Shown one piece after another: positions 19,155 to 30,080 of a stretch of 64,000 nt of DNA. The stretch comes from Acidobacteriota bacterium (lineage in GTDB: Bacteria > Actinomycetota > AC-67): NCBI GenBank assembly GCA_016208485.1, contig JACQXY010000061.1, forward strand, positions 14,330-78,329, in the 5' to 3' direction. The position numbers and the translations under genes are program-made. Position 1 is the first letter of the stretch; every line of letters begins with the position of its first letter. The notes under the pieces were generated by a model that saw only the letters and a program-made list of their open reading frames with translations, ran no database searches and was not told where the DNA came from.

Positions 19155-22100
19155 ATGCGACTCTTTCGTGCGCTCGTCGGCGTGATCGTTCTCGTGCTCG
19201 GCGTCCCGGCGGCCGGGCCGGCAGATCCACCAGGGCAGGTGCTCGCGGGGGCTGCGGTGGTGGACTCCACCTGGCACGTCGGCGCGTCCTCGGGGCAATA
19301 CGCGGGCGACCCCGTCCTCGAGCCCGGATCGATCGGCCCCTACGACCCGCAGACCCCCGAGCGCGGGGTCGAGCCCCATCAGCACTCGCTCACGAGCCGG
19401 CCCTCATACGGGCTGCAAGGTCGCGAGTCGGTGCGGGCCCTGGTGATCCAGGGAAGCGACGGAAAGCGCGTCGGACTCGTATCCAACAACCTCTACATCC
19501 CGCAGGACCTGATCGATCGCCGGGTCGCCGGGCTGCTCGCAGAGCACGACGCGCTCGTGGACCTCGGCCTCGCCCCCGGGCCGAGAACCGGCATCACGGG
19601 ATCGAACCTCGTCGTGTCGGTGTCCCACAGCCACTCGTCCCCCTACTACTCCACGCCTTCGTGGGGACCCTGGACGTTCCAGGACGTCTTCGACATCCGC
19701 TTCTTCGAGTTCTACGCCGAGAGGATGGCCGAGGCGGTGATCCGCGCGTCGGCGAGCATGGTCCCCGCCAAGGTCGGAGGGAGTGTGTCGTACTTCGACC
19801 TGCTGCAGCGTCACTCCTTCGGCCCCGAGGTCGCCGACGACGGCACCCCCGCGGGATTCCCCGAGGCCGACTTCCCCGAGAATCGCTCGGTCGGAAAGAC
19901 CGAGAACGAGAAGGCGGTGTTCGTGATCGCGGTCGACGCGGCCGCCACGGGGGAGCCCCTCGCGACCTGGGTGGTGCTCGGCCTGCATCCCGAGATGCTT
20001 TCCGGCAACGACCTGCTCGCCTCCGAGTACGTGAACACGATGTTCCGCTTCGTGGACCGGGAGGTCGGCGGCGTGACGCTCTTCTCGCAGGAGGACACCG
20101 GAACCGCGGAGCCGGCAAAGGATGGCAAGTCTCAGCCCTCCGCGGTGCGGGCGGAGTACTCCCACCGCGAGTACGCGCAGGTGGAGCGCGCCGGTCGCCT
20201 GCTCGCCGATGCCGTCAAGAAGACGCGCGGCGACATCGAGAGCGGAACCCCGGAGGACTCCGAGCAGTTCTCCGCCATGTCGGGCGACTTCCCGGTGGGC
20301 GTGGCCGACCTGCGGCTCGCTCCGCCCAACCTGCGCCCCTCGCCGACCGTTTCCAACTGCCGCGCGGAGAAGGCCTTCGACGGCAACCCCGGTGTGCCGC
20401 TCGTCGGCCTGCCGGACTGCGTCTTCCCGGCCGAGGAGCTGGGCCTGCCCGGGCCACCGGTCAGCCCGCGCGTGGGCTACGGCGCGCTGCGCGAGGCCGG
20501 AGTCCCGGTCCCCGAGAACTACGGCTTCCCGAGCTTCGTCAGCCTCCAGGAATCCGATCAGGTGCACCTGCAGGCGATCCGGCTCGGGAACATCGCCGTC
20601 ACCACCTGCCCGTGCGAGCAGTGGGGGGACCAGGCCCGCAACATCCGGTCGCGCCTGAACAAGGTCCCCGGCGACCTCTGGGACGGCTTCGACTGGACCG
20701 AGCACGCGCGCGGCGAGGCGGCCGGCACGCCCTGGTGCCGCCAGAACTCCGACACCACGTGGACCTGCGCCGACCCGCGCGCCTGGGACTGGGACCTTTC
20801 CGGACCCGTGCCGCGCCAGGTGTGGGACCGCGACCTCCCGCCGGTATCCGACCTCGCCTACCGGCGGATGAAGGCGCAGATTCACAACGACGCCGCGGGT
20901 TGGGACGACCTCGCGAACCTCCAGGCCGAGACCGACCCCGTGGATCCCGCCAAGATCAAGGGGAACTTCACCCACGAGGAACTCACCGATTTCGCCTATG
21001 ACCTCGTGGTTCCGATCGGGATGACGAACGACTACTGGGGCTACATCGTCACCTACCGCGAGTGGGAGCGCGGCGACCACTACCGCAAGGCCCTCTCCGG
21101 TCTCGGGCCGCACTCGGCGGACTTCATGGCGACGCGGCTTTCCCGCATGGCCGCCAACCTGAACGGCGCCAACCTCTCCACCGTCAACCCGAAGGACGTC
21201 GTCTACGGCCCGGAGGACGGGCGCGAGTACGCGACCGCTCAGGCGATCGGCGAGGCCGCGCGCGCCTACATCCCCGCCTATGAGGCGACGCTTCCCGCCG
21301 ACGGCGGAGCGGCAGGGATCGAGCGGCAACCCGGCGACATCGCCCGCTTCGACGCGGCCTCCGTGCGGTGGACCGGCGGGGACCCCTACACCGACACGCC
21401 GAACGTGCGGGTCGAGCGTCTCGAGGACGGCGCCTGGGTGCCGTTCGCCGACGGCTCCGGCGAGGTGCAGTACCGGACCTGGTTCCCGCAGCCGGAGGAC
21501 CTGCCGGCGTGGCGCGCGGGGGAGTTTGCCTGGCACTGGGAAGCCACCTTCGAGGCGCTCGCCTCGGATCTCGAGCTGGTGGACGCGCGCGGCAGCGAGT
21601 ACCGTGCGACCCCCGAGGGGACGTACCGGTTTGTGATCGACGGGACGCGCCGGGGTCTCGCCGGAGCGACGAGCCCCTACCACCTCGAGTCGAACTCGTT
21701 CGACGTGTCGCCGTGGGACGGCATCACGGTCGAGGACATCCGAGTCGATCCCGGCGACGGGACGGTGTCCTTCGCGCTCGGGCCCGTCAACCACTACACC
21801 TACGGCACGCCGAACACCTACACGGTCGGCCCGATCGACTACCCCGATACGGCGACCGCGCTCGACATCTACCCGTTCATCAGCCCGCGCGACCAGTCCC
21901 GGAACCTCGGGCCGGGCGGTGAGCAGTTCTGCTTCGCGTGCAGCTTCCGCCCGTGGGCCGACACCGGGCGGGCGGTGTCGGCGATCGTGACGATCGAGCG
22001 CGCCGGCGGGGGGACCGACCTCGCCGAGGCGACGCTCGGGCCGGACGGCCGGTGGCACACGATCGCCACGCTCGGCGAAGGCGATCGGGCCTTTGTGGCT

Positions 22101-22163
22101 GCGGGGGGCGTCCTCGATGAGTTCGGACAGGTGAACGGGGCCGCGAGCGCGAGCGTCGGCTGA
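19155..22163 (+). CDS. large secreted hydrolase, neutral/alkaline ceramidase-like
   Basis: ATG 19155 with SD GGGAGGA; signal peptide MRLFRALVGVIVLVLGVPAAG; motifs SVSHSHSSP (cf. ceramidase HTHSGP), LSGNDLL, FSQEDTG in ceramidase-like order; ~1000 aa with long C-terminal extension. Confidence 0.5.
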   Translation: MRLFRALVGVIVLVLGVPAAGPADPPGQVLAGAAVVDSTWHVGASSGQYAGDPVLEPGSIGPYDPQTPERGVEPHQHSLTSRPSYGLQGRESVRALVIQGSDGKRVGLVSNNLYIPQDLIDRRVAGLLAEHDALVDLGLAPGPRTGITGSNLVVSVSHSHSSPYYSTPSWGPWTFQDVFDIRFFEFYAERMAEAVIRASASMVPAKVGGSVSYFDLLQRHSFGPEVADDGTPAGFPEADFPENRSVGKTENEKAVFVIAVDAAATGEPLATWVVLGLHPEMLSGNDLLASEYVNTMFRFVDREVGGVTLFSQEDTGTAEPAKDGKSQPSAVRAEYSHREYAQVERAGRLLADAVKKTRGDIESGTPEDSEQFSAMSGDFPVGVADLRLAPPNLRPSPTVSNCRAEKAFDGNPGVPLVGLPDCVFPAEELGLPGPPVSPRVGYGALREAGVPVPENYGFPSFVSLQESDQVHLQAIRLGNIAVTTCPCEQWGDQARNIRSRLNKVPGDLWDGFDWTEHARGEAAGTPWCRQNSDTTWTCADPRAWDWDLSGPVPRQVWDRDLPPVSDLAYRRMKAQIHNDAAGWDDLANLQAETDPVDPAKIKGNFTHEELTDFAYDLVVPIGMTNDYWGYIVTYREWERGDHYRKALSGLGPHSADFMATRLSRMAANLNGANLSTVNPKDVVYGPEDGREYATAQAIGEAARAYIPAYEATLPADGGAAGIERQPGDIARFDAASVRWTGGDPYTDTPNVRVERLEDGAWVPFADGSGEVQYRTWFPQPEDLPAWRAGEFAWHWEATFEALASDLELVDARGSEYRATPEGTYRFVIDGTRRGLAGATSPYHLESNSFDVSPWDGITVEDIRVDPGDGTVSFALGPVNHYTYGTPNTYTVGPIDYPDTATALDIYPFISPRDQSRNLGPGGEQFCFACSFRPWADTGRAVSAIVTIERAGGGTDLAEATLGPDGRWHTIATLGEGDRAFVAAGGVLDEFGQVNGAASASVG

Positions 22164-22212
22164 GCCCGGTATCGGCCTGCGCGGGTGCCGTCCGCCCGCC
22201 ATCCGGCGCGCG

Positions 22213-22253
22213 GTGTTTCAGATCTGAATCCTGAATTCACATCTGAAACCACT
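22213..22253. promoter_or_regulatory. AT-rich palindromic element upstream of tdh-kbl (perfect 12-bp palindrome TTCAGATCTGAA plus inverted repeat GTTTCAGAT…ATCTGAAAC)
   Basis: Seen directly in sequence; ~40% GC in a ~70% GC context, 120 nt upstream of the tdh start. Confidence 0.3.
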
Positions 22254-22376
22254 TCGAGAGGGGCGAGTGCGTGGGAGCGACGCGCTGCGGGCTCCCCGTC
22301 CTAGACTATGGCGGCCGGGGGCCGAGCCTCGGCGCGGCCTCGATGTGGGGGCTCCGACGATGAGGGGTTGCTCCGC

Positions 22377-23408
22377 ATGAAAGCGCTCGTCAAGGCGAAG
22401 GCAGAGCCCGGCCTGTGGATGGAGAACGTCCCGATGCCGGCGGTCGGCGGGGACGACGTCCTGATCCGCGTCCATCGCACGGGGATCTGCGGCACCGATC
22501 TCCACATCCACTCGTGGGACCCATGGGCACAGGCGAATGTCCCCGTGCCCCTCGTGATCGGGCACGAGTTCGTGGGCGAGATCGTCGACCGGGGCGTCCA
22601 CGTCACCGACCTGGAGCCCGGCGACCTCGTCAGCGGCGAGGGGCACCTGATCTGCGGCCGGTGCCGCAACTGCATGGCCGGCCGCCGCCACCTGTGCGCG
22701 CACACGAAAGGGATCGGGGTCAACCATCCGGGCGCGTTCGCCGAGTACATCGCCCTGCCGGCCTCGAACGTCTGGCGGCACCCGCAGGGCATCGACCTCG
22801 ACGTCGCGGCGATCTTCGACCCCTTCGGCAACGCGGTCCACGCCACGCTCACCTTCCCGGTGCTCGGCGAGGACGTGCTCGTCACCGGGGCGGGCCCGAT
22901 CGGGCTGATGGCGGCGCTCGTCGCGCGGCACGCCGGCGCGCGGTACGTCGTGGTCACCGACGTGAACGGCTACCGTGTAGACCTCGCCCGCCGCCTGGGC
23001 GTGACGCTCGCGCTCAACATCACCGAGGCGAAGATCGCCGACGCGCAGCGCGAACTCGGGATGCGGGAGGGGTTCGACGTCGGCCTGGAGATGTCGGGAG
23101 AGCCCGCGGCCCTCAGGGACATGATCGCGAACATGGCCCACGGTGGGAAGATCGCGATGCTCGGCATCCCGACGAGCGAGTTCGGGATCGACTGGACCCG
23201 CCTGGTGTTCAACATGAACACGATCAAGGGCATCTACGGGCGCGAGATGTTCGAGACCTGGTACTGGATGAGCGTGCTCGTGGAGTCCGGCCTGGACATC
23301 TCCCCGGTGATCACGCACCGGTTCGAGGCCGCCGACTTCGAGCAGGCGTTCGCGACGACCCGGGAGGGCCGCTGCGGCAAGGTGCTCATCCGCTGGACGG
23401 ATCGCTGA
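22377..23408 (+). CDS. tdh: L-threonine 3-dehydrogenase
   Basis: [21 protein letters not shown]…GHEFVGEIV…[19 protein letters not shown] zinc-ADH motifs identical in pattern to Tdh. Confidence 0.85.
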   Translation: MKALVKAKAEPGLWMENVPMPAVGGDDVLIRVHRTGICGTDLHIHSWDPWAQANVPVPLVIGHEFVGEIVDRGVHVTDLEPGDLVSGEGHLICGRCRNCMAGRRHLCAHTKGIGVNHPGAFAEYIALPASNVWRHPQGIDLDVAAIFDPFGNAVHATLTFPVLGEDVLVTGAGPIGLMAALVARHAGARYVVVTDVNGYRVDLARRLGVTLALNITEAKIADAQRELGMREGFDVGLEMSGEPAALRDMIANMAHGGKIAMLGIPTSEFGIDWTRLVFNMNTIKGIYGREMFETWYWMSVLVESGLDISPVITHRFEAADFEQAFATTREGRCGKVLIRWTDR

Positions 23409-23421
23409 GGAGGCGCGCCGG

Positions 23422-24600
23422 GTGCTGGGACCGCTGAAGGAGGAGATCGAACGTCGCCTCGCCGAGATCCGCGCGGCGGGGCTCGACAAGGTCGAGCGCG
23501 TGCTCACCTCGCCACAGGACGGTCGGGTCCGGGTGTCCGGCGGCAAGGAGGTGCTGAACCTCTGCGCGAACAACTACCTCGGGCTCGCCGACCACCCGGC
23601 CGTGATCGCCGCCGCGAAGGAGGCCCTCGACCGGTGGGGCTACGGGATGGCGTCGGTGCGCTTCATCTGCGGGACCTCCCAGATTCACAAGGACCTCGAG
23701 GCGCGGCTCTCGGAGTTCCTCGGGACCGAGGACACGATCCTCTACTCCTCGTGCTTCGACGCGAACGGGGGGCTGTTCGAGACCCTGCTCGGCGAGCGCG
23801 ACGCCGTCATCTCCGACGAGCTGAACCACGCCTCGATCATCGACGGCATCCGTCTATCGAAGGCCCGGCGCCTGCGCTACCGCAATCGCGATACGGAGGA
23901 CCTCGCGGAGCAGCTTCGGGCGTGTGCCGATGCGGACAACCGGTTGATCGCGACCGACGGAGTCTTCTCGATGGACGGGCACGTCGCGCCGCTCGATCGA
24001 ATCTGCGAACTCGCCGAGCGCCACTCCGCGCTCGTCATGATGGACGACTCCCACGCGGTCGGGGTGATGGGGGCGACGGGGCGCGGAAGCCACGAGGCGC
24101 GCGGAGTCATGGGGCGGGTGGACATCATCACCGGGACGCTCGGCAAGGCGCTCGGCGGGGCGAGCGGGGGATATGCGAGCGGCCGGCGCGAGATCATCGA
24201 CCTGTTGCGCCAGCGGAGCCGCCCGTACCTGTTCTCCAATTCAGTGGCGCCTGCCATCGTGGCGGCCTCGCTCACGGTCCTAGACCTGATCGAGGCAAGC
24301 GACGACCTGCGCGCGCGCCTCGCCGAGAACACGACCTGGTTCCGCAGCGGGATGACCGAGATGGGCTTCGACATCGTCCCCGGCGAGCACCCTATCGTGC
24401 CGATCATGATCGGGGACGCGGCCGAGGCCTCGCGAATGGCCGATGCCCTCCTCGGCGAGGGGGTCTACGTCATCGGGTTCAGCTACCCGGTGGTGCCGCT
24501 CGGCAAGGCCCGGATCCGCGCGCAGATGTCGGCGGCGCACTCGCGCGCCGATCTCGAGCAGGCGGTCGGCGCGTTCGAGCGCGTGCGCGCGCGCGGCTGA
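23422..24600 (+). CDS. kbl: glycine C-acetyltransferase (2-amino-3-ketobutyrate CoA ligase)
   Basis: GTG start; PLP-dependent AOS family, …LCANNYLGL…SFSMDG…; immediately downstream of tdh (tdh-kbl operon). Confidence 0.85.
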   Translation: MLGPLKEEIERRLAEIRAAGLDKVERVLTSPQDGRVRVSGGKEVLNLCANNYLGLADHPAVIAAAKEALDRWGYGMASVRFICGTSQIHKDLEARLSEFLGTEDTILYSSCFDANGGLFETLLGERDAVISDELNHASIIDGIRLSKARRLRYRNRDTEDLAEQLRACADADNRLIATDGVFSMDGHVAPLDRICELAERHSALVMMDDSHAVGVMGATGRGSHEARGVMGRVDIITGTLGKALGGASGGYASGRREIIDLLRQRSRPYLFSNSVAPAIVAASLTVLDLIEASDDLRARLAENTTWFRSGMTEMGFDIVPGEHPIVPIMIGDAAEASRMADALLGEGVYVIGFSYPVVPLGKARIRAQMSAAHSRADLEQAVGAFERVRARG

Positions 24601-24603
24601 GGA

Positions 24604-25031
24604 TCAGGGGCTTTCCCGCAGGACTCGCTCGACCCCGTCGGTGATCGCTGCGCCGAGAGTTCGCAGACGCTGCCTCTCCGTGCGCGAGAGGTCGAGATCC
24701 CCCAGATACGTGAAGACATCACGGACCGCGGCCACCACCTCCAGGCCCGGCGCCTCGGACGCGCGCAGGACCTCCCCGATGTGACGGGGCGACACGTCAC
24801 GGGCGAGCAGGCCCCAGATCTCCACCCGGTCCTTCTCGCCGGGCTGGCTATCGGAGGCAACATCTCGGGGCCGACGATTACGTCGATGTCGTGGCTCTGA
24901 AGACCACCGGTCCTGGCCCAGCTCGCCCACCCTCCGATCAGGATGGCGCCGGGGAATTCGGCGAGGAACCGATCGAGCACCCGACGGCTGAGGTCGGTGT
25001 ACTCCTTCGGGTAGAACTCCTCAGGCGACAC
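24604..25031 (-). pseudogene. frameshifted nucleotidyltransferase-like gene (minimal NTase, motif GG…SHDIDVIV)
   Basis: Two minus-strand ORFs in different frames (25031→~24900: MSPEEFYPKEYTDL…IGGWASWARTGG…HDIDVIVGPEM; then ~24880→24604: …VEIWGLLARDVSPRHIGEVLRA…) read as one protein only if a frameshift is allowed. Confidence 0.35.
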
Positions 25032-25380
25032 CGGCGTCGAGCATCCCGACCGTGAGCGCCGACACGAACCGCGCAGCGGCCCATCCCGGAACGTTGCAGA
25101 GGTCGACGAACGCCTGCGCGAGCGGCGTCACGGCGCCGTAGCGGCGGAGCAGAGGATCGGGATCGAGCACCATGATCGTCGTGTCGCCCGGCACGGCCTC
25201 CTGGAGAGGCGCCGGCAGATCCTCGGGGCTGCCGTAGCAGAGCACGCGGTCGTAGCCGGAGATGAAGTTGCCCCTCTGATACGCGACGACCGGCACCGGC
25301 GTCGTCCGGCCGGTGGTCGTCTCGTCCCCCACCTGCCACGAGATTCCAGGAATCTGATGCAAAGTACCGTATTGGATCAA
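25021..25380 (-). CDS. hypothetical protein (119 aa), overlaps start of NTase-like gene by 11 nt
   Basis: Non-Arg-rich ORF MIQYGTLHQIPGISWQVGDETTTG…; no recognisable domain. Confidence 0.3.
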   Translation of the reverse strand: MIQYGTLHQIPGISWQVGDETTTGRTTPVPVVAYQRGNFISGYDRVLCYGSPEDLPAPLQEAVPGDTTIMVLDPDPLLRRYGAVTPLAQAFVDLCNVPGWAAARFVSALTVGMLDAGVA

Positions 25381-25422
25381 TGCATGACGCCGGGCCGCGT
25401 TCCAGCCCCCCCGGGGGGGCGG

Positions 25423-25644
25423 TCACAGCAGGTTCAGAAGCTCGTCGGCGCTCAGACGTGCCTGGCGCATGACGGAGCGCAGGACCTGCGGGTTGAGGTC
25501 GCCCGGGTGCATTGGGATCGTGACGAGCAAGTTCCCGCGCTTCAGCTGCAGATGGCTTCCTCGCTGGCGAACCGACCGAAAGCCCGCCCTCTCGAGAGCC
25601 CCCACGAGTTCGCGCGGTTTGAGCGAGGGGAGCCGGCGGGACAC
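25423..25644 (-). CDS. hicA: type II toxin HicA (mRNA interferase, YcfA family)
   Basis: 73 aa, …KPRELVGALERAGFRSVRQRGSHLQLKRGNLLVTIPMHPGDLNPQVLRSVMRQARL matches HicA consensus (GSHxxxxxP…IP.H). Confidence 0.8.
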   Translation of the reverse strand: MSRRLPSLKPRELVGALERAGFRSVRQRGSHLQLKRGNLLVTIPMHPGDLNPQVLRSVMRQARLSADELLNLL

Positions 25645-25650
25645 GGGCGC

Positions 25651-25923
25651 CTACGCGTGGGCACGGATGTCCACGTCCACGGTGAAGCGGAACACCTCCG
25701 CCACGCCTTCGGGAGATGCCTCACGCGGATCGTCGGCACGGGGCACAGGACGCAAGTATGGAAGGCCATCCTCGAAGCAACCTTCCATGTGCAGGGTCGC
25801 GGCCTCAAGGAGCATCATCTTCGCTTGTTCGATCGTCGTCCCCTCGGAGGCTACATCCAGCTCCGGGCAGAGAGCCGTGTAACCTCCGGCCTCTTCGACG
25901 ACAACCCCCGTAAAGACGAACAT
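25651..25923 (-). CDS. hicB: antitoxin HicB (UPF0150 family)
   Basis: 90 aa from internal ATG MFVFTGVVVEEAGGYTALCPELDVASEGTTIEQAKMMLLEAATLHMEG…; 6-nt gap to hicA; -10-like TATACT upstream. Confidence 0.7.
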   Translation of the reverse strand: MFVFTGVVVEEAGGYTALCPELDVASEGTTIEQAKMMLLEAATLHMEGCFEDGLPYLRPVPRADDPREASPEGVAEVFRFTVDVDIRAHA

Positions 25924-26025
25924 GCACGGCTCCTGGAATCGGCCTGATCGCAGTATAGCGCCGCCGTCAGGCCGGTCTCCCCGAATCTCCGCTGGATCGG
26001 GCATGCCAGGCTGACCTGGAGACCG

Positions 26026-27843
<1,818 letters not shown>

Positions 27844-27926
27844 GCGGGCCAGGATACCGCGCGCCGGGCACCCCGGTTCGGGGCGGCTCGCCCTCCCCCA
27901 CCGGCCCTGGTACAATCCGCCCTCCG

Positions 27927-28199
27927 ATGGCGAACATCAAGTCCCAGATCAAGAGGAACCGGCAGAACGAGGCCCTGCGCCAGCGCAACCTGGCGGTGCG
28001 CTCCGAACTGCGGACCTTCGCCCGGCGCTTCCGCGAGGCGCTCGCCTCCGGCGACCGCGCGAAGGCGGAGGCGGCGCTCCAGCGCGCCTGCCGTGCCTAC
28101 GACCGCGCCGCGGCAAAGGGCGTCGTTCACAAGAGCAACGCCGCCAACCACAAGTCCCGGCTCTCCAAGGCCTTCAACAGCGCCGGCTCCGCGGCCTGA
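27927..28199 (+). CDS. rpsT: 30S ribosomal protein S20
   Basis: [31 protein letters not shown]… canonical S20. Confidence 0.9.
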   Translation: MANIKSQIKRNRQNEALRQRNLAVRSELRTFARRFREALASGDRAKAEAALQRACRAYDRAAAKGVVHKSNAANHKSRLSKAFNSAGSAA

Positions 28200-28261
28200 C
28201 GGCGCGCCGGCCTCATCGAACTCGAGCATCAACTGCCCAGCGCCCCCGGAAACTCGTTCCG

Positions 28262-28609
28262 CTAGCGATTCCGCAGGAAGGCCCAGATCCCTAGGCCGAC
28301 GCACGTCACCGAGCCGGCGCCCACAAGGAGCATGGGCAGGGTCTTGAGGTCGTTGAACATCATGACCGTCAGGGCCACGTACACGAGCGGTAGCACGAGA
28401 CCCGCCAGAATCAACTCGAGAGCGGCCATCCGGTTCGCGGATCGCCGGCGCGCCGCCCTCTGTTCCTCGCTGCGATGCACGGTCGGAAGCCGAAAGACCT
28501 GCAACCAGGCGACGTGCGGCCGCGCGCGCGCGAGCCACGCCAGTGCGAACACGATCGCGAGGACACCAAGCAGAATCGCGCCTGCGCTGTGGGGAAAGAG
28601 CGCGTCCAT
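28262..28609 (-). CDS. small integral membrane protein (3 predicted TM helices), unknown function
   Basis: Internal ATG MDALFPHSAGAILLGVLAIVFALAWLA…; hydrophobic stretches; upstream part of ORF-track ORF is Arg-rich. Confidence 0.45.
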   Translation of the reverse strand: MDALFPHSAGAILLGVLAIVFALAWLARARPHVAWLQVFRLPTVHRSEEQRAARRRSANRMAALELILAGLVLPLVYVALTVMMFNDLKTLPMLLVGAGSVTCVGLGIWAFLRNR

Positions 28610-28617
28610 CGTCTGCC

Positions 28618-28947
28618 TCACCGAGTCGGCGCACCGCGTTGTGCCGGCGGCCGGTCGCTGACCATGAGAAGCGCCGCACCGTCCGGAGTAGTGATCGGCC
28701 CCATTCGCCGAAACCCTGCCTTCTCGTAGCAACGGATGGCGCGGACGTTGGAGGGAGCGGGATCGGTCTGGATCTTGGTCACGGCCGGGTCCGTAGACAG
28801 GGGTCTCGCTCGTCCGGCCACCAGGCGCCGCCTGACAGAGCCGGGACGTAGGAATGTATGTAGCCGACCAGAACAAGGAGGTCGACCGAGCCATTCCGCC
28901 AGCCGAGGAAGGTCGCCCTCGGTGAGTCGCTGGAAGGTGATCGTCAT
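28618..28947 (-). pseudogene. remnant of an aminoglycoside-6'-N-acetyltransferase-family GNAT gene (internal deletion/frame disruption)
   Basis: N-terminus MTITFQRLTEGDLPRLAEWL and C-terminus VTKIQTDPAPSNVRAIRCYEKAGFRRMGPITTPDGAALLMV match the ends of AAC(6')-Ib-type GNATs; the ~100-aa middle is replaced by a short Arg-rich segment; total only 109 aa. Confidence 0.45.
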
Positions 28948-29208
28948 GTGGCACGCGCCTCACCGTTCGAGGACGCGGTTATCGCGGCCTGTTCACGCGC
29001 TGACTCCGGAGGGCCCGGGTTCAGGCGCGCCGGCACCGCCCGCTGATCCCGCACCAGCACCACATCGCGCTCCGACGCACGGCCAAGCGTTTCTTGCGGC
29101 CCGAAGACTCGGCGTTGTCGGCGCAGATGCTCTCCCGGCCGAGCCGATTACGGAGGTGGTCCGCGAACGTCTGCTGCGCCAGCCGGTCCTCGCTGTTGAT
29201 GTCGGTGA

Positions 29209-30078
29209 TCATTGCTGGCCACCGAGCCCATCTGTTACGCCGCGGACGATCCTGAACGCGCGATCCAGATCGAACTGGTCGAACTCGCGGGCTCGCAGAA
29301 CCGGCCGCAGGTGGGCGTCGAGCTGCGGCCGCAGCTGATCCAAGCGCTCGGGCGAGACGTCGAGGGCACCGGCGCCATCGACCGCGAGCTTGCTTCGCAC
29401 GAGCCGCAGGAATTCCGGATCGGCGACATCGAGCCCCGCGACGAGCACAGCGTGGTCGATGTCGAAGAAGTCGCGGATCGCTGCCTCCTGCCGCGAGAGG
29501 GCGGCGCGGAGCTTCTCAGCCATCGCCTCAGGGTAGGACAGACACCGCGCTGGAAAGGTCTCGATGAGGGCGCCGCCTCGCGCCCAGTGGAGAACCGCCG
29601 TGTGCACCCGCCCCTGCTCGGGTGCGGTCAGGGTCGGTTCGCGCAGGCCGATTTCGATGGCGATCGTCTCGGTTCTTGGAGCCAGGAGCGAGCGATAGCC
29701 GAGGGTCGCGTTGTACTGGGTCGATGCGTTGTGACCTTGGAGAGGAACCAGCAGCTCGAACCCGATGTTCTGTAGCCGACCGACGACCGCCTTGACCGGA
29801 GTGACGGTGCGACTGCGAACACCCCGTGTCGAGTCCGGCGCTGTCGGAATGCTGAAGTCGAGATCCTCGCTCAGCCGGAAGAAACCCGAGTGGACTTTGG
29901 CCAGGCAGGTGCCCCCCTTGAAGACCAGCGGGACATCGGCGGCCGCAAGCGCCTCGAGGATCACGCTGCAGAAGTAATCCTTCTCGATCAGGCGTGGGGC
30001 GAATCCCGTCTCCTCGCTGGTGAACCGGATCGCCTCCCGCAGGTCCTCCGGCGCATCTTCGTGCCAGCGGATCGGCAT
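29209..30078 (-). CDS. abiEii: type IV TA toxin AbiEii/AbiGii-family nucleotidyltransferase (DUF1814)
   Basis: Internal ATG MPIRWHED…; motif LIEKDYFCSVILEALA…VFKGGTCLAK…RLSEDLDFS characteristic of AbiEii; starts 2 nt after abiEi stop. Confidence 0.8.
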   Translation of the reverse strand: MPIRWHEDAPEDLREAIRFTSEETGFAPRLIEKDYFCSVILEALAAADVPLVFKGGTCLAKVHSGFFRLSEDLDFSIPTAPDSTRGVRSRTVTPVKAVVGRLQNIGFELLVPLQGHNASTQYNATLGYRSLLAPRTETIAIEIGLREPTLTAPEQGRVHTAVLHWARGGALIETFPARCLSYPEAMAEKLRAALSRQEAAIRDFFDIDHAVLVAGLDVADPEFLRLVRSKLAVDGAGALDVSPERLDQLRPQLDAHLRPVLRAREFDQFDLDRAFRIVRGVTDGLGGQQ

Positions 30079-30080
30079 GC

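Noticed and set aside
19404-22202. 932-aa minus-strand ORF (and a family of similar long ORFs, e.g. 26077-28347 +, 32178-36362 +, 36089-38743 -, 43993-46545 +, 48088-50007 +, 10153-11319 -, 108-1853 upstream part)
   Set aside because: Extremely Arg/Gly/Pro-rich translations lying antisense to or out of frame with well-supported genes; typical stop-codon-poor shadow ORFs of high-GC DNA
22218-23573. 451-aa minus-strand ORF opposite tdh
   Set aside because: Antisense shadow of the strongly supported tdh gene; no domain signature
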